The notes beneath the pieces are model-generated. The model searched no databases, was not told the origin of the DNA, and was given only the letters and a program-made list of their open reading frames with translations. A DNA stretch of 64,000 nucleotides from NCBI GenBank assembly GCA_028534125.1, contig CM052816.1:27778001-27842000 (forward strand), in the 5' to 3' direction. Positions within the stretch are counted from its first letter, which is position 1; each line of letters starts with the position of its first letter. Below are positions 1 through 10,379 of the stretch, one piece after another. The position numbers and the translations under genes were made by a program. Source of the stretch: Lama glama. Lineage: Eukaryota.

Positions 1-1010
1 CTCATGCAGTGTGCTTGTGACCTCGGGTTCTGTGTGTGCTAGACCCATCTTAAGACAGATTTTTGTTGGGGCACACTGTTTCATACAACTTGATACGTCT
101 TAAAATACCAAACTCTTGATGGGCACATATGGCAGCAAGATCACTTAGTACCTCCTGGGCAAGCTGTCTATCACAGTAGCATGCCAGAGGTTGTTCTTCA
201 AAAGGTGATGAATTTGAGCTACAGATTGCATGGTCTTGCTCGAGACCTCTAGCAGTTTCCATTGTGATTTCGTTGGAGCTTTCCCTGAGTTCCACATGAG
301 CCTTTTCCCACCACCAAAAGCTTTAAGACCATAGGTCTACCAATTGTTTTGCTCAAGTAGCTCAGCTGCTTGCATTGTAGTTTGGATGCTCAGCAGGGCC
401 CTTCCTGCTCTGGGTCCCATGGAGAGCTGCTTAGGTTCACCTTTGTTCACAAACAGAGCTCTTATCATGGCGGGGCAGATCTGCCTTGATTGAAGGTTTA
501 ACCTTTTCTGGAGTTGGGCTACTCCAACAATTAAGTCTTGGGCCTGCTCCTCAACTTTCTCTGCCCTCTGTAGCAGATTAGTGACTCTTTGTTGAGCTAC
601 CAAGGAGACCCTCTGGCTGCCATCCTTAGCCATTAATCAGTGACTAAGTGCCCCAGCTTTTCTCTCTTTTCTCAGAACATCAGTTGTTCTTGGTAGTAAC
701 CACCCAACTGGATTCTTATTTATAGTTACTATTTCTCCCATATTTCTCAGATGCTTGACGCAATGTACCAACTAATGTATTTTGCTACACTGACATAGCA
801 TCCCGATTTATGGCTCTGGAGAGTTTTAACAATTTGGGCTGCCGCTTGTGCCAGAGACTATGGTGCTCTGTCTGTGACTAGCAATGGAGGAGCATATTGC
901 CAGTAGGTAGCAAGTGATCCAGTTCCACACCTCCATCTTAGTGCTCTTTCTTGGAAGACTTCCAGTACCAACTATTGCAGATCTGTTCCCTGGGGATCAC
1001 CCTCCAAGAT
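1..1010 (-). mobile_element. Decayed ERV-L-class (ERV3-16A3/HERV16-like) provirus: LTR 3' end, PBS region, gag N-terminus and pol connection region; runs off the window edge
   Basis: Minus-strand translations VGWLL...LRKEREKL and SQRVSL...RAEKVEEQAQDLIVGVAQLQKRLNLQSRQICPAMIRAL resemble ERV-L gag. RALLSIQTTMQAA, SPFEEQPLACY and PEVTSTLHE resemble ERV-L pol after RT. TGGTACTGGAAG at about 970 follows an LTR-like end. Stops and frameshifts present. Confidence 0.85.
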
Positions 1011-1073
1011 GCAATTTTAACATATTCTACCTCACCCTATCCAAGACTGGCTTAGCTTTCCTCTTTCCTTCTC

Positions 1074-1159
1074 TTTATTTTTTGAGGAGGTATTGGGGAT
1101 TGAACCCAGGACCTCAAGTATGCTAAGCATGTGCTCTACCACTTGAGCTATATGCTTCC
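1074..1159 (-). mobile_element. tRNA-derived SINE, Vic-1-like (camelid)
   Basis: Minus strand reads TAGCTCAAGTGGTAGAGC (A box) ... GGTTCAATCCC (B box) plus an A-rich tail. Confidence 0.85.
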
Positions 1160-2521
1160 TCCTCCTCTTTCATTCTTGAATTACCATCTTTCTGATTGAA
1201 AGTTGACAAGTTTTACTGTAAATACATTAACCCCAGAGAACTCCCAGACTACTGAGCTGAAATCCCAGGAAAATCTTTAAAGTATTATAATGAAAACTAG
1301 CTAGTCAACTAATTAAAAACATATTTTGTCAGTGCAAGGTTGATACATATATATTGCCTCATACATAGAATGCTAGAATATTTACTCAAATATGACTGCT
1401 AAATTCATGGGGATTAAAAGCAAAAATATAAGATTCCATTATGAAGATTTCGGAAAGCTGTTAAAATTCATAGAAACTCTTCTATCATTATACCCATGGG
1501 GCCTTATTATAGACTTTGTCCAGATATAGGCAGTGTGGTCAAGTGTTGGCTTCTATTTATAGATTAGAAAGTTATGTTCCTTTGAAAAATGACTGAATAC
1601 TTGGGTGGGTTTCTCTGGTCCCTGATGATGTAGTTCAGAGCATAACTTACGTGCTTACTTACTTCCCAAAGGTAATGTAAACATTAATTACAATAATACT
1701 CATAAAGTATTTGTAGCTTTTTAATAAAAATTGAAAGAATTACTAGTAAATTTTATTTTTATTAACTTTGTTCTACAAGTCTAAGCTAATAGTGATTTAA
1801 AACTTTTTTAGTAAATATAAAAAAGATGTATTCTTGCCAGACACTATTAGTTTCCTTGCTGGTTAACCCTGCTTCTTCCTCCTTTTTTTGTTGAATGTCA
1901 TTAGGTTTTTATTTCATGTCAAGAAAAGAATCTCATCACATACTTTCGTGAGGTAACATTTTTGATTAAGACAGTTAGCCCTGCTTCTTGATTTAAGATC
2001 TCACCTCCTAAAATATTTCAAGATTAAAACACACAAAAATGTCAGAAACCAAAATCTTCTTGAAACTGGAAAAGGACTTTAGTAATAAATTAGTTAAAAA
2101 AGAGGTTATTTTATCAAAAGTTGAAAAAAATGTGTTTTATAGATATTTTCTGCAGTGCTGAGGCTGGAGAATTTAGAGACAATCCAAAACGAATATTGAA
2201 AATACATAAACAGTTATACCAGAACAGAAATACTGGTGTCAATAAATCTGATGAAGGCAAGATTGCCTTGGATAACGCCAGACCCTTTTTGATTCTCCAT
2301 TTCTTCCATTAGTGGCTCAGTGTTATACTTTCCATAATATCCTTAGAACTGTGTACCTATGTCCTTTTTTTTTTCTATGTGATACTTTTTTTTTTCTCTC
2401 TAGAAATATTTGGAGTTTTAACAAGGCATAGAGTTAATCTAGAGAATGGAGTGAAGTACTAGGTGTCAGAGAGCAGGTGGGATATTTTGTGAGGGTATTT
2501 GGACTTGATGGTCCTTTCTTC

Positions 2522-2635
2522 TGTCAAGATCCATGAAAGGTCTGAAATTTTATTCCACTTGCAAGCTAACAAGTTATCCTGCCACAGTTTCAGAGATGAT
2601 GACAGAAAACATGAGACTTCTAGGTCAGGGACAGT
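2522..2635. mobile_element. Old ERV LTR terminal fragment (family uncertain)
   Basis: TGTC start and CTTGCAAGCTAACAAGTTATCCTGCCACAGTTTC resemble an ancient eutherian LTR end. Confidence 0.55.
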
Positions 2636-2669
2636 TAAACAAGAATGTGGGATGAATGTTTCGATGATT

Positions 2670-2820
2670 GTATGTGGGTGACAAAGCAGAGATGTTCAGC
2701 CCAGGCATAGAGAGGGTGGGAGAGGAAAGAGTGGAGAGAGAGATGGTTCCCTGCAGAGGCCACAGCCAGTGCAAACGAATGGAAGGACTGGAGAACCTTG
2801 GAATGTTCAGCTTCTACAGT
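2670..2820 (-). mobile_element. L2 fragment
   Basis: GTTCCCTGCAGAGGCCACAGCCAGTGCAAA...GAACCTTGGAATGTTCAG resembles antisense L2. Confidence 0.5.
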
Positions 2821-3676
2821 CTTCTGAATTTTGACAGCTTCGCTAGGCACTGTTGCCTATCAGAACCACGACTTTAACAGGCAGCTCTTGGCAAACAGTG
2901 CTGAGCACTTGATGTTATAATGCAGTTGGCTCCGTATTCTGACTTGGTGCAGGGTTTTGGCTGATGAGCAATGGGCAGTTTCTGCTGCTTCGCCTGAGAC
3001 TATTTGTTAACTGTCCCGTGACTACAGCTTGGAGGTTAGTTTATTTTAAAACTAACCTTGGAGGTTAGTTTATTCATGAAACACTTCAATAGTTATCCTA
3101 TTATACAGAAACTCACTTGAGGGCAAAAAATAATAATGGAAACTACTCAAAATCAAAGTTTTTTCCTTCTTTTCCAGAGATCCTTGCTTTTTATCATACA
3201 AAACTTTGTATTTTAATAAATAAGGATGCTGCTAAAAGTCAGTGTTTTCAGCATCCTCTATTTGTCCCCATGCTATCTGTGTTTTAATACTCCTGGGGGA
3301 TATAATCCACATTCATGGATCAGTGTACACTCTGAACTCCTTAATTTACATTCTTAACTGCATTTTTGACATATCTGTGTACTTTTACCACAGGCACTTC
3401 CCATTCTAAATATCCAAAATTGGATTCGTTTATTTGTTAGAAAACATTCTCCTCTATCCTTATTATTTATATTTAATTTATTACTGTTCTCAGTCTGTTA
3501 CCTAATACTTTTTCACCCATGTATATCTTACCTCATAAATACTTTCCTGAACTTACACTCTATCTCGCCTGTACCACCTTGGTAGGTTCTTTTTCTTACC
3601 TATATCACTATGTCGAGAAACTTCAAAATGGAACAAATAAAGAAATTAATGGGATAGAACTCAGAGATCTTGGCAC

Positions 3677-3960
3677 AGACTCACAGACATAATAAACAAT
3701 CTCGTGGTTACTGGGGGAAAGGGAGTGGGAAGGAATAAATTTGGGAGTTTGAGATTTGCAAAGGTTAGCCACAATATATAAAAATAGATTTAAAAAATTT
3801 TATCCTGTATAGCACAGGGAACTATATTCAATATCCTGTAATAACCTTTAATGAAAAAGAATATGAAAACAAATATATGTATGTATATGCACGAATGGGA
3901 CTTTGTGCTGTACACCAGAAATTGACACGTTATAACTGACTGTACTTCAATAAAAATACA
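3677..3960 (+). mobile_element. LINE-1 3' UTR end (camelid-type), 5'-truncated
   Basis: GTATAGCACAGGGAACTATATTCAATATC...GTACACCAGAAATTGACAC...ACTTCAATAAAAA; reverse complement of the other L1 ends in this window. Confidence 0.9.
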
Positions 3961-4439
3961 AAATTTTTCAAAATAGAACTCAAAGAGAGGAGATGTAGTT
4001 AGAGAAGCAGGGGACTCTGCTGCAGGAAGAGAAGAGGCAGGATCTGGTGTTTTGAGGCCTTGGCTTTGTGTTGACAAAGGAGTTTTCAGCCACATTGTCA
4101 GTAGCATTGTGAGACCAAGTCCATTCTAGCCTGCCACAGGGATGGAGAGTGAAACAATGTCACCATCTTCAGAGGTTAGGCAGAATATTATGTTGGAGTG
4201 CAACATCTGAGGACTGCTTCTACTCTGTGGTCAGAGCTTTCCAGTGGATGTAGCCAGGAAACTTCAACAGGAAGTGCTAATGTAGTAGGAAGAGGTAGCC
4301 ATGAGGGATGGTTTCTGTAGTATACATAAAGGCAAGTGATGCATTGTGTCACATGTACCAGACAGATATTGAGAGACACAGGGACATGTGAGATAGGGTG
4401 GCAATCATGGCTACAACCAGGTGAGGACAAATACATCTG

Positions 4440-4830
4440 TAAACAATATGTGGATTAACTAAGTTACTCAGCACATGTGTAGTGATTTACTGCTGTGTGC
4501 CCATTGCCCATCTAGGGCCTCTGGAGGCAGCTGTGAACAAGACCGAGTTACAGCCCTTATAAAGCTTACTCTGTGATAGAGGAGTCTGACAGTCAACTAG
4601 TGTTCTTTCCTCAGAAGATAATTTCAAGCAGTTGTAAGTGCTGCTTAAAAAAACGGGCCGAGAGTGATGGAGCGAGGGGCTATTTTATACTGGGTTTTGT
4701 GGGAAAGCCTCATTGACAAGGTCATGTGTGAGCATCAACCAGAATGAAACAAGGAACCAAACCATGCAATGATCTAGGTCAGTTAGGTTCCTTATAGAGC
4801 CATGAGCAAGTTCAAAAGATTCTTTATACC
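4440..4830 (-). mobile_element. L2 3' fragment
   Basis: GCAGCTGTGAACAAGAC...CCCTTATAAAGCTTAC...GGGAAAGCCTCATTGACAAGGTCA are typical antisense L2 motifs. Confidence 0.7.
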
Positions 4831-5379
4831 CTGGTTCTGTGGGTCAGGTCAGGATGCTGTTTGAGAGAATGACAGGGTTAGCAGTTGTGGCACGCCTAGA
4901 CTTTTTTCCTGCTTTTCTGAGAAGAGAAATAAGACAGAGGATAAGGTTGATGCACAGAGTAACCATGCTGTTGCTGTACTAGATTGCTCTCTCAGATTCT
5001 TTACACATTGTCATATTGTTGCTTCATGTGAAATGTCAAACACACACTTCCTTACTGACATGGCTAAAGAGACACCTGTGGGAAGACTTACCAAGGCTCT
5101 CCCCATGCTCCTGTCTCTCTGAGCATTCTTTTTTCACAAATGTTCTCTCACCACAATGCAAGGGTCTAATACCTGTATGTCCTCTTCACTCTCCCCACTC
5201 ACAATACTACCAATACAGGGACCTCCTTGTGGAGAGGGGATGTCCTCTATTAATGAATATTTCTTTTGAGTATAGCTACTCATAAAATAGGACAAGAGAA
5301 TCTTTGTCATTAGCAGAAGTAACATTTTTATACCATATTCCAGTTGTTACAGATACTATAAAACATCATTTATGTTTGT

Positions 5380-5620
5380 CAGTGCTTCAAATTTATGGTA
5401 GTGACTAGACCTACATCCATAGTTATTTAATGTATTAAAAGTAAACAGATAATTTATAAGTTTAATTTTTATATTTTGATAAGTGTATTTCAAAATAACT
5501 TATTCTTTGTTATCCTGTTTTACTTTACACATTGAGAAAAATTATTCAGAGATGGGGTCTATAGGTTTCATTGTACCACCAAAAGTGTCTATGGCACAAA
5601 TTATGTAAGTATTTGTTTTA
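5380..5620. mobile_element. hAT-Charlie family DNA transposon remnant
   Basis: GAGATGGGGTCTATAGGTTTCA...CCAAAAGTGTCTATGGCACAAA resembles a Charlie-type subterminal sequence. Confidence 0.55.
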
Positions 5621-5679
5621 AAACTCAATTGATTTATGTAAAAAGGATCTGGGTAAACCAGAGGCCATCTTTCCTCTTG

Positions 5680-7085
5680 CAGTGTGCTCTCTAGGTGATC
5701 TCATTAATTCCCCAGGCATGGTGGTAATGACCAAAATATCCTGATGAGTCTGTTACAAAGTCAGGCCACGTCTTTGAGCTGGGACTTAGCTTTATTTTAG
5801 CTTATTTGACAATGTCACTTTGTCTCAGAGTCATCTAACTCAGCACATCCAAGACTGAGTCCCTTATCCTCCCATCCCAAATCTGTTCCTGCCCAATCTT
5901 CCCCATCGAGCAGCATTCAGCCTGTTGCTCAAGCTAGAAATGTAGTAGTCATCCTTGATTCCTCTTCTACTGCCCAACCATCAAATACATGAGGAGGTCC
6001 TGTCAGTTCGACTCTCAACTTGAATGTGCCCACTTCCCTCCATCTCTACTGTACCCTCCCTAGTCCCAGCCACCATCATGCTTTTTGTCTGGATAATTGC
6101 CATATTCTCCATATGCATTCCCCTAGTTCCACTAATGCTCTTCCAATCCGTTCTTCACAGACTGAGTTAAAACATATATTTGGATCATGTCATTCACTTC
6201 TGACAACTCTTCAGTGACTTTTCATTGCATTTAGAGTAAAATCTAAATCTCTTTGGTGCCTCTGAGTAATTCATTCCCTGCCTGTCTAGCCACCCTCCCT
6301 TTGTAGCATTCCTCTCCTCTATCACCATACTTCATTCATAGTGAATTTTTTTCAGTTATTTTAATTCACAGTGCTAGAGATCTTTCATTTGCTCTGTGAT
6401 TATAAGAGGAGCCTCTCTTCTTTCTCCAACTTGCTCCAGGCCCCAGGAGACTGGTCTTTATAGACCACATCAATGGTTTCCTTGCCTTCTGGCTGCCTCG
6501 GTTGACTATGAGGGTACCCCAGCAGGGGAGCTGAAGGAGAGATTGTTATCTTCCCTCCCTGGGCAGTCACCTCTGGCTGGCTCTGCCCTTTAGTTGTCAA
6601 GGCCTCTCAGGGCAGCCTGATCTACAGGCCTCCCCATTCTGGTTCTGGCCAGTGCTCTCTCCTCCTTTTGGCTTTAGGGGTGGTAATGGCTCTTCTCTAA
6701 TTAGCCTAGCTTGACTGTGTCTCCTGTTCCTCCAGGGACTTTGGCTCTTTTTTTTTTTTTTTTTTTCCTATTTCAAGGCATTTTGATGCCCTGTTCTTTT
6801 GCCTGGAATGTGCCTTCTAGCATCCTTCACACGGCTGGCATCTATCTGTTCTTTAGTTATCAGTTGAAATGTCATCTTCTGAGGTGTTCTCCTTAACCAA
6901 CCTAGATATTTTGGGACCCCTGTTATAGTCTCAGTGCCAACACACTGTTTTCATTACAGCATTTATATTTACATTTGTTTACTTGATTTATTTATGTCTC
7001 TCTCCCAGAAGATTGTTAACTTCCTGAGGGCAGAGGGCTTGTCCATCTTGCTTTTGTTTTATACATCCCTAGTAACTAGCAAATC
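5680..7085 (+). mobile_element. L2 3' region, interrupted by an LTR33-like LTR
   Basis: GTAGTCATCCTTGATTCCTC, GCATTTAGAGTAAAATCTAAA, GCCTGGAATGTGCCTTC and TTCCTGAGGGCAGAGG in the expected order. Confidence 0.8.
6395..6745 (+). mobile_element. LTR33-like ERVL solo LTR
   Basis: GCCCCAGGAGACTG...CATCAATGGTTTCCTTGCCTTCTGGCT...TAGGGGTGGTAATGGCT. Confidence 0.7.
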
Positions 7086-7099
7086 ATAGCATATAATAC

Positions 7100-7340
7100 T
7101 GATAATGATAATAATGATAAAGTCTAAAGCATATTGAAAGTTTACTCTGTGTCAAGAATTTTTCTGAATGCTTTATGTATGTTAGCTCCTTAATCCTCAC
7201 AATAGCTAGTGGTGTGTGGATATGTTTATGATTATTATTGCTTTCCCATTTTACTTATGAGGACTCTGAGATACACATGAAATTAAGTACTGCATCAAAG
7301 GTCACACAAAAGTAAGTGACTTAAGTGGAAGCCAAATATA
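7100..7340 (-). mobile_element. MIR SINE
   Basis: TTAATCCTCACAA...CCCATTTTACTTATGAGGACTCTGAG...AAGGTCACAC core. Confidence 0.8.
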
Positions 7341-9554
7341 TAAAGATCTATTCTTGTCCGAGTAACATACTTTAGCCTGTATTCTGTAGTATGTAAGGAA
7401 ATATTTACTTGAACAGTTTCCTCTAAATGTGAATACAAACCTTATTAGTAACTTAGGGTACACTTTGAATGTTAGCTAATTTTTTTTTATATCTCAAATG
7501 TGACAGTTGGCTTATTTAATGCCTGACTCTTCCTTTTATGACTTCGAGTTATTTTGCAAGGATTAGTAAACTGTTCCAGTAAACTGTATTGTATTGCATT
7601 TTCCCAAATAAGCCTTCACTCTAAATAAAACTGTAACACAAAACACAATCTTATAACTTAAAATTCTATTCTACTCATTTTTGTCTTTCTACAAATATGT
7701 GGATTAAAGGGCTCATGAGCCCTTTTCATGTTGATCTGTAGAAACTGTTGGACAAAAAGTTAAGTCTTTGTTGAGAGAATCTGCCATCAGTTAGTTTTCA
7801 TCAACTTGCAGAGTAATTCCATTTCCATATGTGTAGAAAAAAGACCTCTCATTTTGTGTTAGGATTAAAAGAGTAGAACTACTGTTTCATAATCTGTAAC
7901 ATACAACATCTAAGAGAAAAAAAGTGTGTAGGTTTGCCATTGTATATTTACCTATAATAGATTTATCTGTTTCATGGATCAATAGAACTGTAGTTAAAGT
8001 GTGTTCTGAACAACACGACTATCACAGAATGGATGCTCATTGCCATTGTTTCCTGAGCAGATTGATAGGAAACTGCAGAGTCTGTTGCCTTTTAAATTCA
8101 CTAGATGCTTGAGCATGTTAATTGCACTGAGAAGTCCTATAGTTAAAAAAAAAAAAAGTAAAAGAAAGAAAAAGAAATCTGTTAATCTAGTATTTTTAAA
8201 CTTGGTTGAGCAAGATCCATTTTTGTTTAGAACGTCTGCTAACATATCATAGGAAAGTTCCATAGAGCATACCTGGAAATGTTGCCATAGGGTTTTTAAA
8301 GTCAGTGTTTATATATTGGCATGAGCAAAGTATTGTCTTACAAGTATAAGAACAGAGTTGACCTTCAAATAACCAATAGAAAAGCCCGATAAATATCCTC
8401 TATTATTGTAGGAGGAGAAATACATTATTCACCTACAACTTTGATCATTCTTGGTGTTTGTATTCTCCTTGTATTAGCTGTGAACTTTGGTTCCTATGAA
8501 ATGTAACACTTGCCCATAATCAGTTTTGTGTATGTAATGGAAGTATTTTCCCATTTAAATGTGAAAGCAGATTGATTGCAGGTAGTAAAGGTGACAGTTT
8601 CATTTCTATGTATTACAAGCTGAGAAATTCTGTTTTAAATTGCTGACAAAAGAAATCTTTGTTGACAGCATATTTTGGTTTTCTTCATTTTATTTGGAAT
8701 AATTTTGAGAGAAAAGAAAACAGAAGAGAGAGTGATCTCTGAGTCTTGGAACATTTTCTGAGAAAAACATTATGCTGAGTTATTGAATTGAGAATTAAAC
8801 TGTTTTAAAATGTAGGACTTAGACATAGCATGAGAAGAACAATCATTTCTTTCCATGTAAGTGAATGGTGATAATTCTTTAAGCTCCCCTTTCTGGTCAA
8901 TTACCTTTGCCCTTGCTTTTGTCTTCTGTACTTTGCACTGCGTTCTCCTAAACTCTTTCTATCTTGACTAGAACATCCAAATGACTGTTGTAGTATCTTC
9001 ACATTGGCTCATCATTTCTTTCCCCTGCTCCCAAAGTAAATACCTCCCCAAACTCTATTGCATGCAGGTTGTGTGAAGGACAACATTTTTTTTTTTATTA
9101 TAGACATGGAAACTGAGATTTGTTCTTTCAACTAGTCCTTATTTCTAATTGTTTGGTTCTCAGTAGCTGCACCTGTGCTTGATGAATCTTACATTCGGAA
9201 AGCACAAAATGAGAGATGATTGTTTCTGTACGTGCTTTCCATTAAGACTGTTAGCCTTTGCATGACGATTGCCGCTTGTGAAAAGCCTGCTTATGTTAAG
9301 CAGATATTTTGGGTTTGGATGATTAACTGCTTCTTGATTTAAACAAAGGTAAATTGGAGGACACTCAGTTATTGAAAGAACAGTGGAAGCCTTCTTCTGT
9401 GAGCTACATACTTGTCCATTTAAATTATTCTAGTTGCTATTAAGCAGCAGCATCTCTTGGGTAGGAGAGCCCATGCCCTGCTGGGTCACAGAATCATCAC
9501 CAAGGGAAGCTGCTTGGCATGACTTTATTTGAAGGGTGAAATCTTAAAAAGAAT

Positions 9555-10371
9555 TTTAAAAATTTAAGTATAGTTAATTTATACTTTTGGTTTCAGGTGT
9601 ACAACATAGTGTTTCAATATTTTTATAGAGTATACATTTAAAGTAGTTATAAAATATTGGCTCTATTCCCTGTGCTGTACAATATATCCTTGTAGCGTCT
9701 TGATTTTATACATAGTAGTTTGTACCTCCTAATCCCCTACCCCTACCTTATTCCTGCTCCATTCCCTCTCCCCACTGGTAACCACTAGTTTGTTCTCTAT
9801 ATGTGTGAATCTGTTTCTGCTTTCTTAAATTAATTTGTTTTATTTTTTAGATTCCACATATAAATGATAAAATACAATATAATACAGTATTTGTCTTTCT
9901 CTGTGACCAATTTACCTTAGCATAATACCCTCCAAGTATGTCCATGTTGTTGCAAATGGCAAAATTTTATTCTTTTTTATGGCATATATATATGATGGAA
10001 TACTCCTATATTGTATCTATTGATGGATACTTAGATTGCTTGCATATCTTGGTAATGGTAAATATTTCTGCAGTAAACATTGGGGTGAATGTGTGTTTTC
10101 AAATTGATGTTTTCTTTTTCTTTCTTTCTTTCCTTTCTTTCCATTTTCTTCTCCTTCTTCTTCTTCTCCCCTTCCCCCTCCTCCTCCTCTTTCTTCTTCT
10201 TTTTTTTTTTTTTTTTTTTTGATAAAAACCCAGGAGTGGAATTGGTGGAATTGCTGGGTTGTGTGGGGTTGTGTGGTAGCTCTGTTTTTAGTTTTTACTG
10301 AGAAACTTCCATACTGTTTTCCACAGTGGCTGTACCAATTTGTATTTCCACCAATGTATATGAGGGTTCCT
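9555..10371 (-). mobile_element. LINE-1 3' end (older artiodactyl-type), 5'-truncated
   Basis: TTCAGGTGTACAACATAGTG, TTCCCTGTGCTGTACAATATATCC, TAGATTCCACATATAA and CCATACTGTTTTCCACAGTGGCTG. Confidence 0.9.
10109..10220. repeat. Polypyrimidine tract (TTTC/CTT/CCT repeats plus poly-T) inside L1
   Basis: About 110 nt almost free of purines. Confidence 0.9.
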
Positions 10372-10379
10372 CAGATGGT

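Noticed and set aside
50..295. 81-aa ORF as a gene
   Set aside because: Frameshifted ERV-L pol remnant.
4000..4320. Possible CR1/L3 fragment
   Set aside because: Similarity too weak to support by eye.
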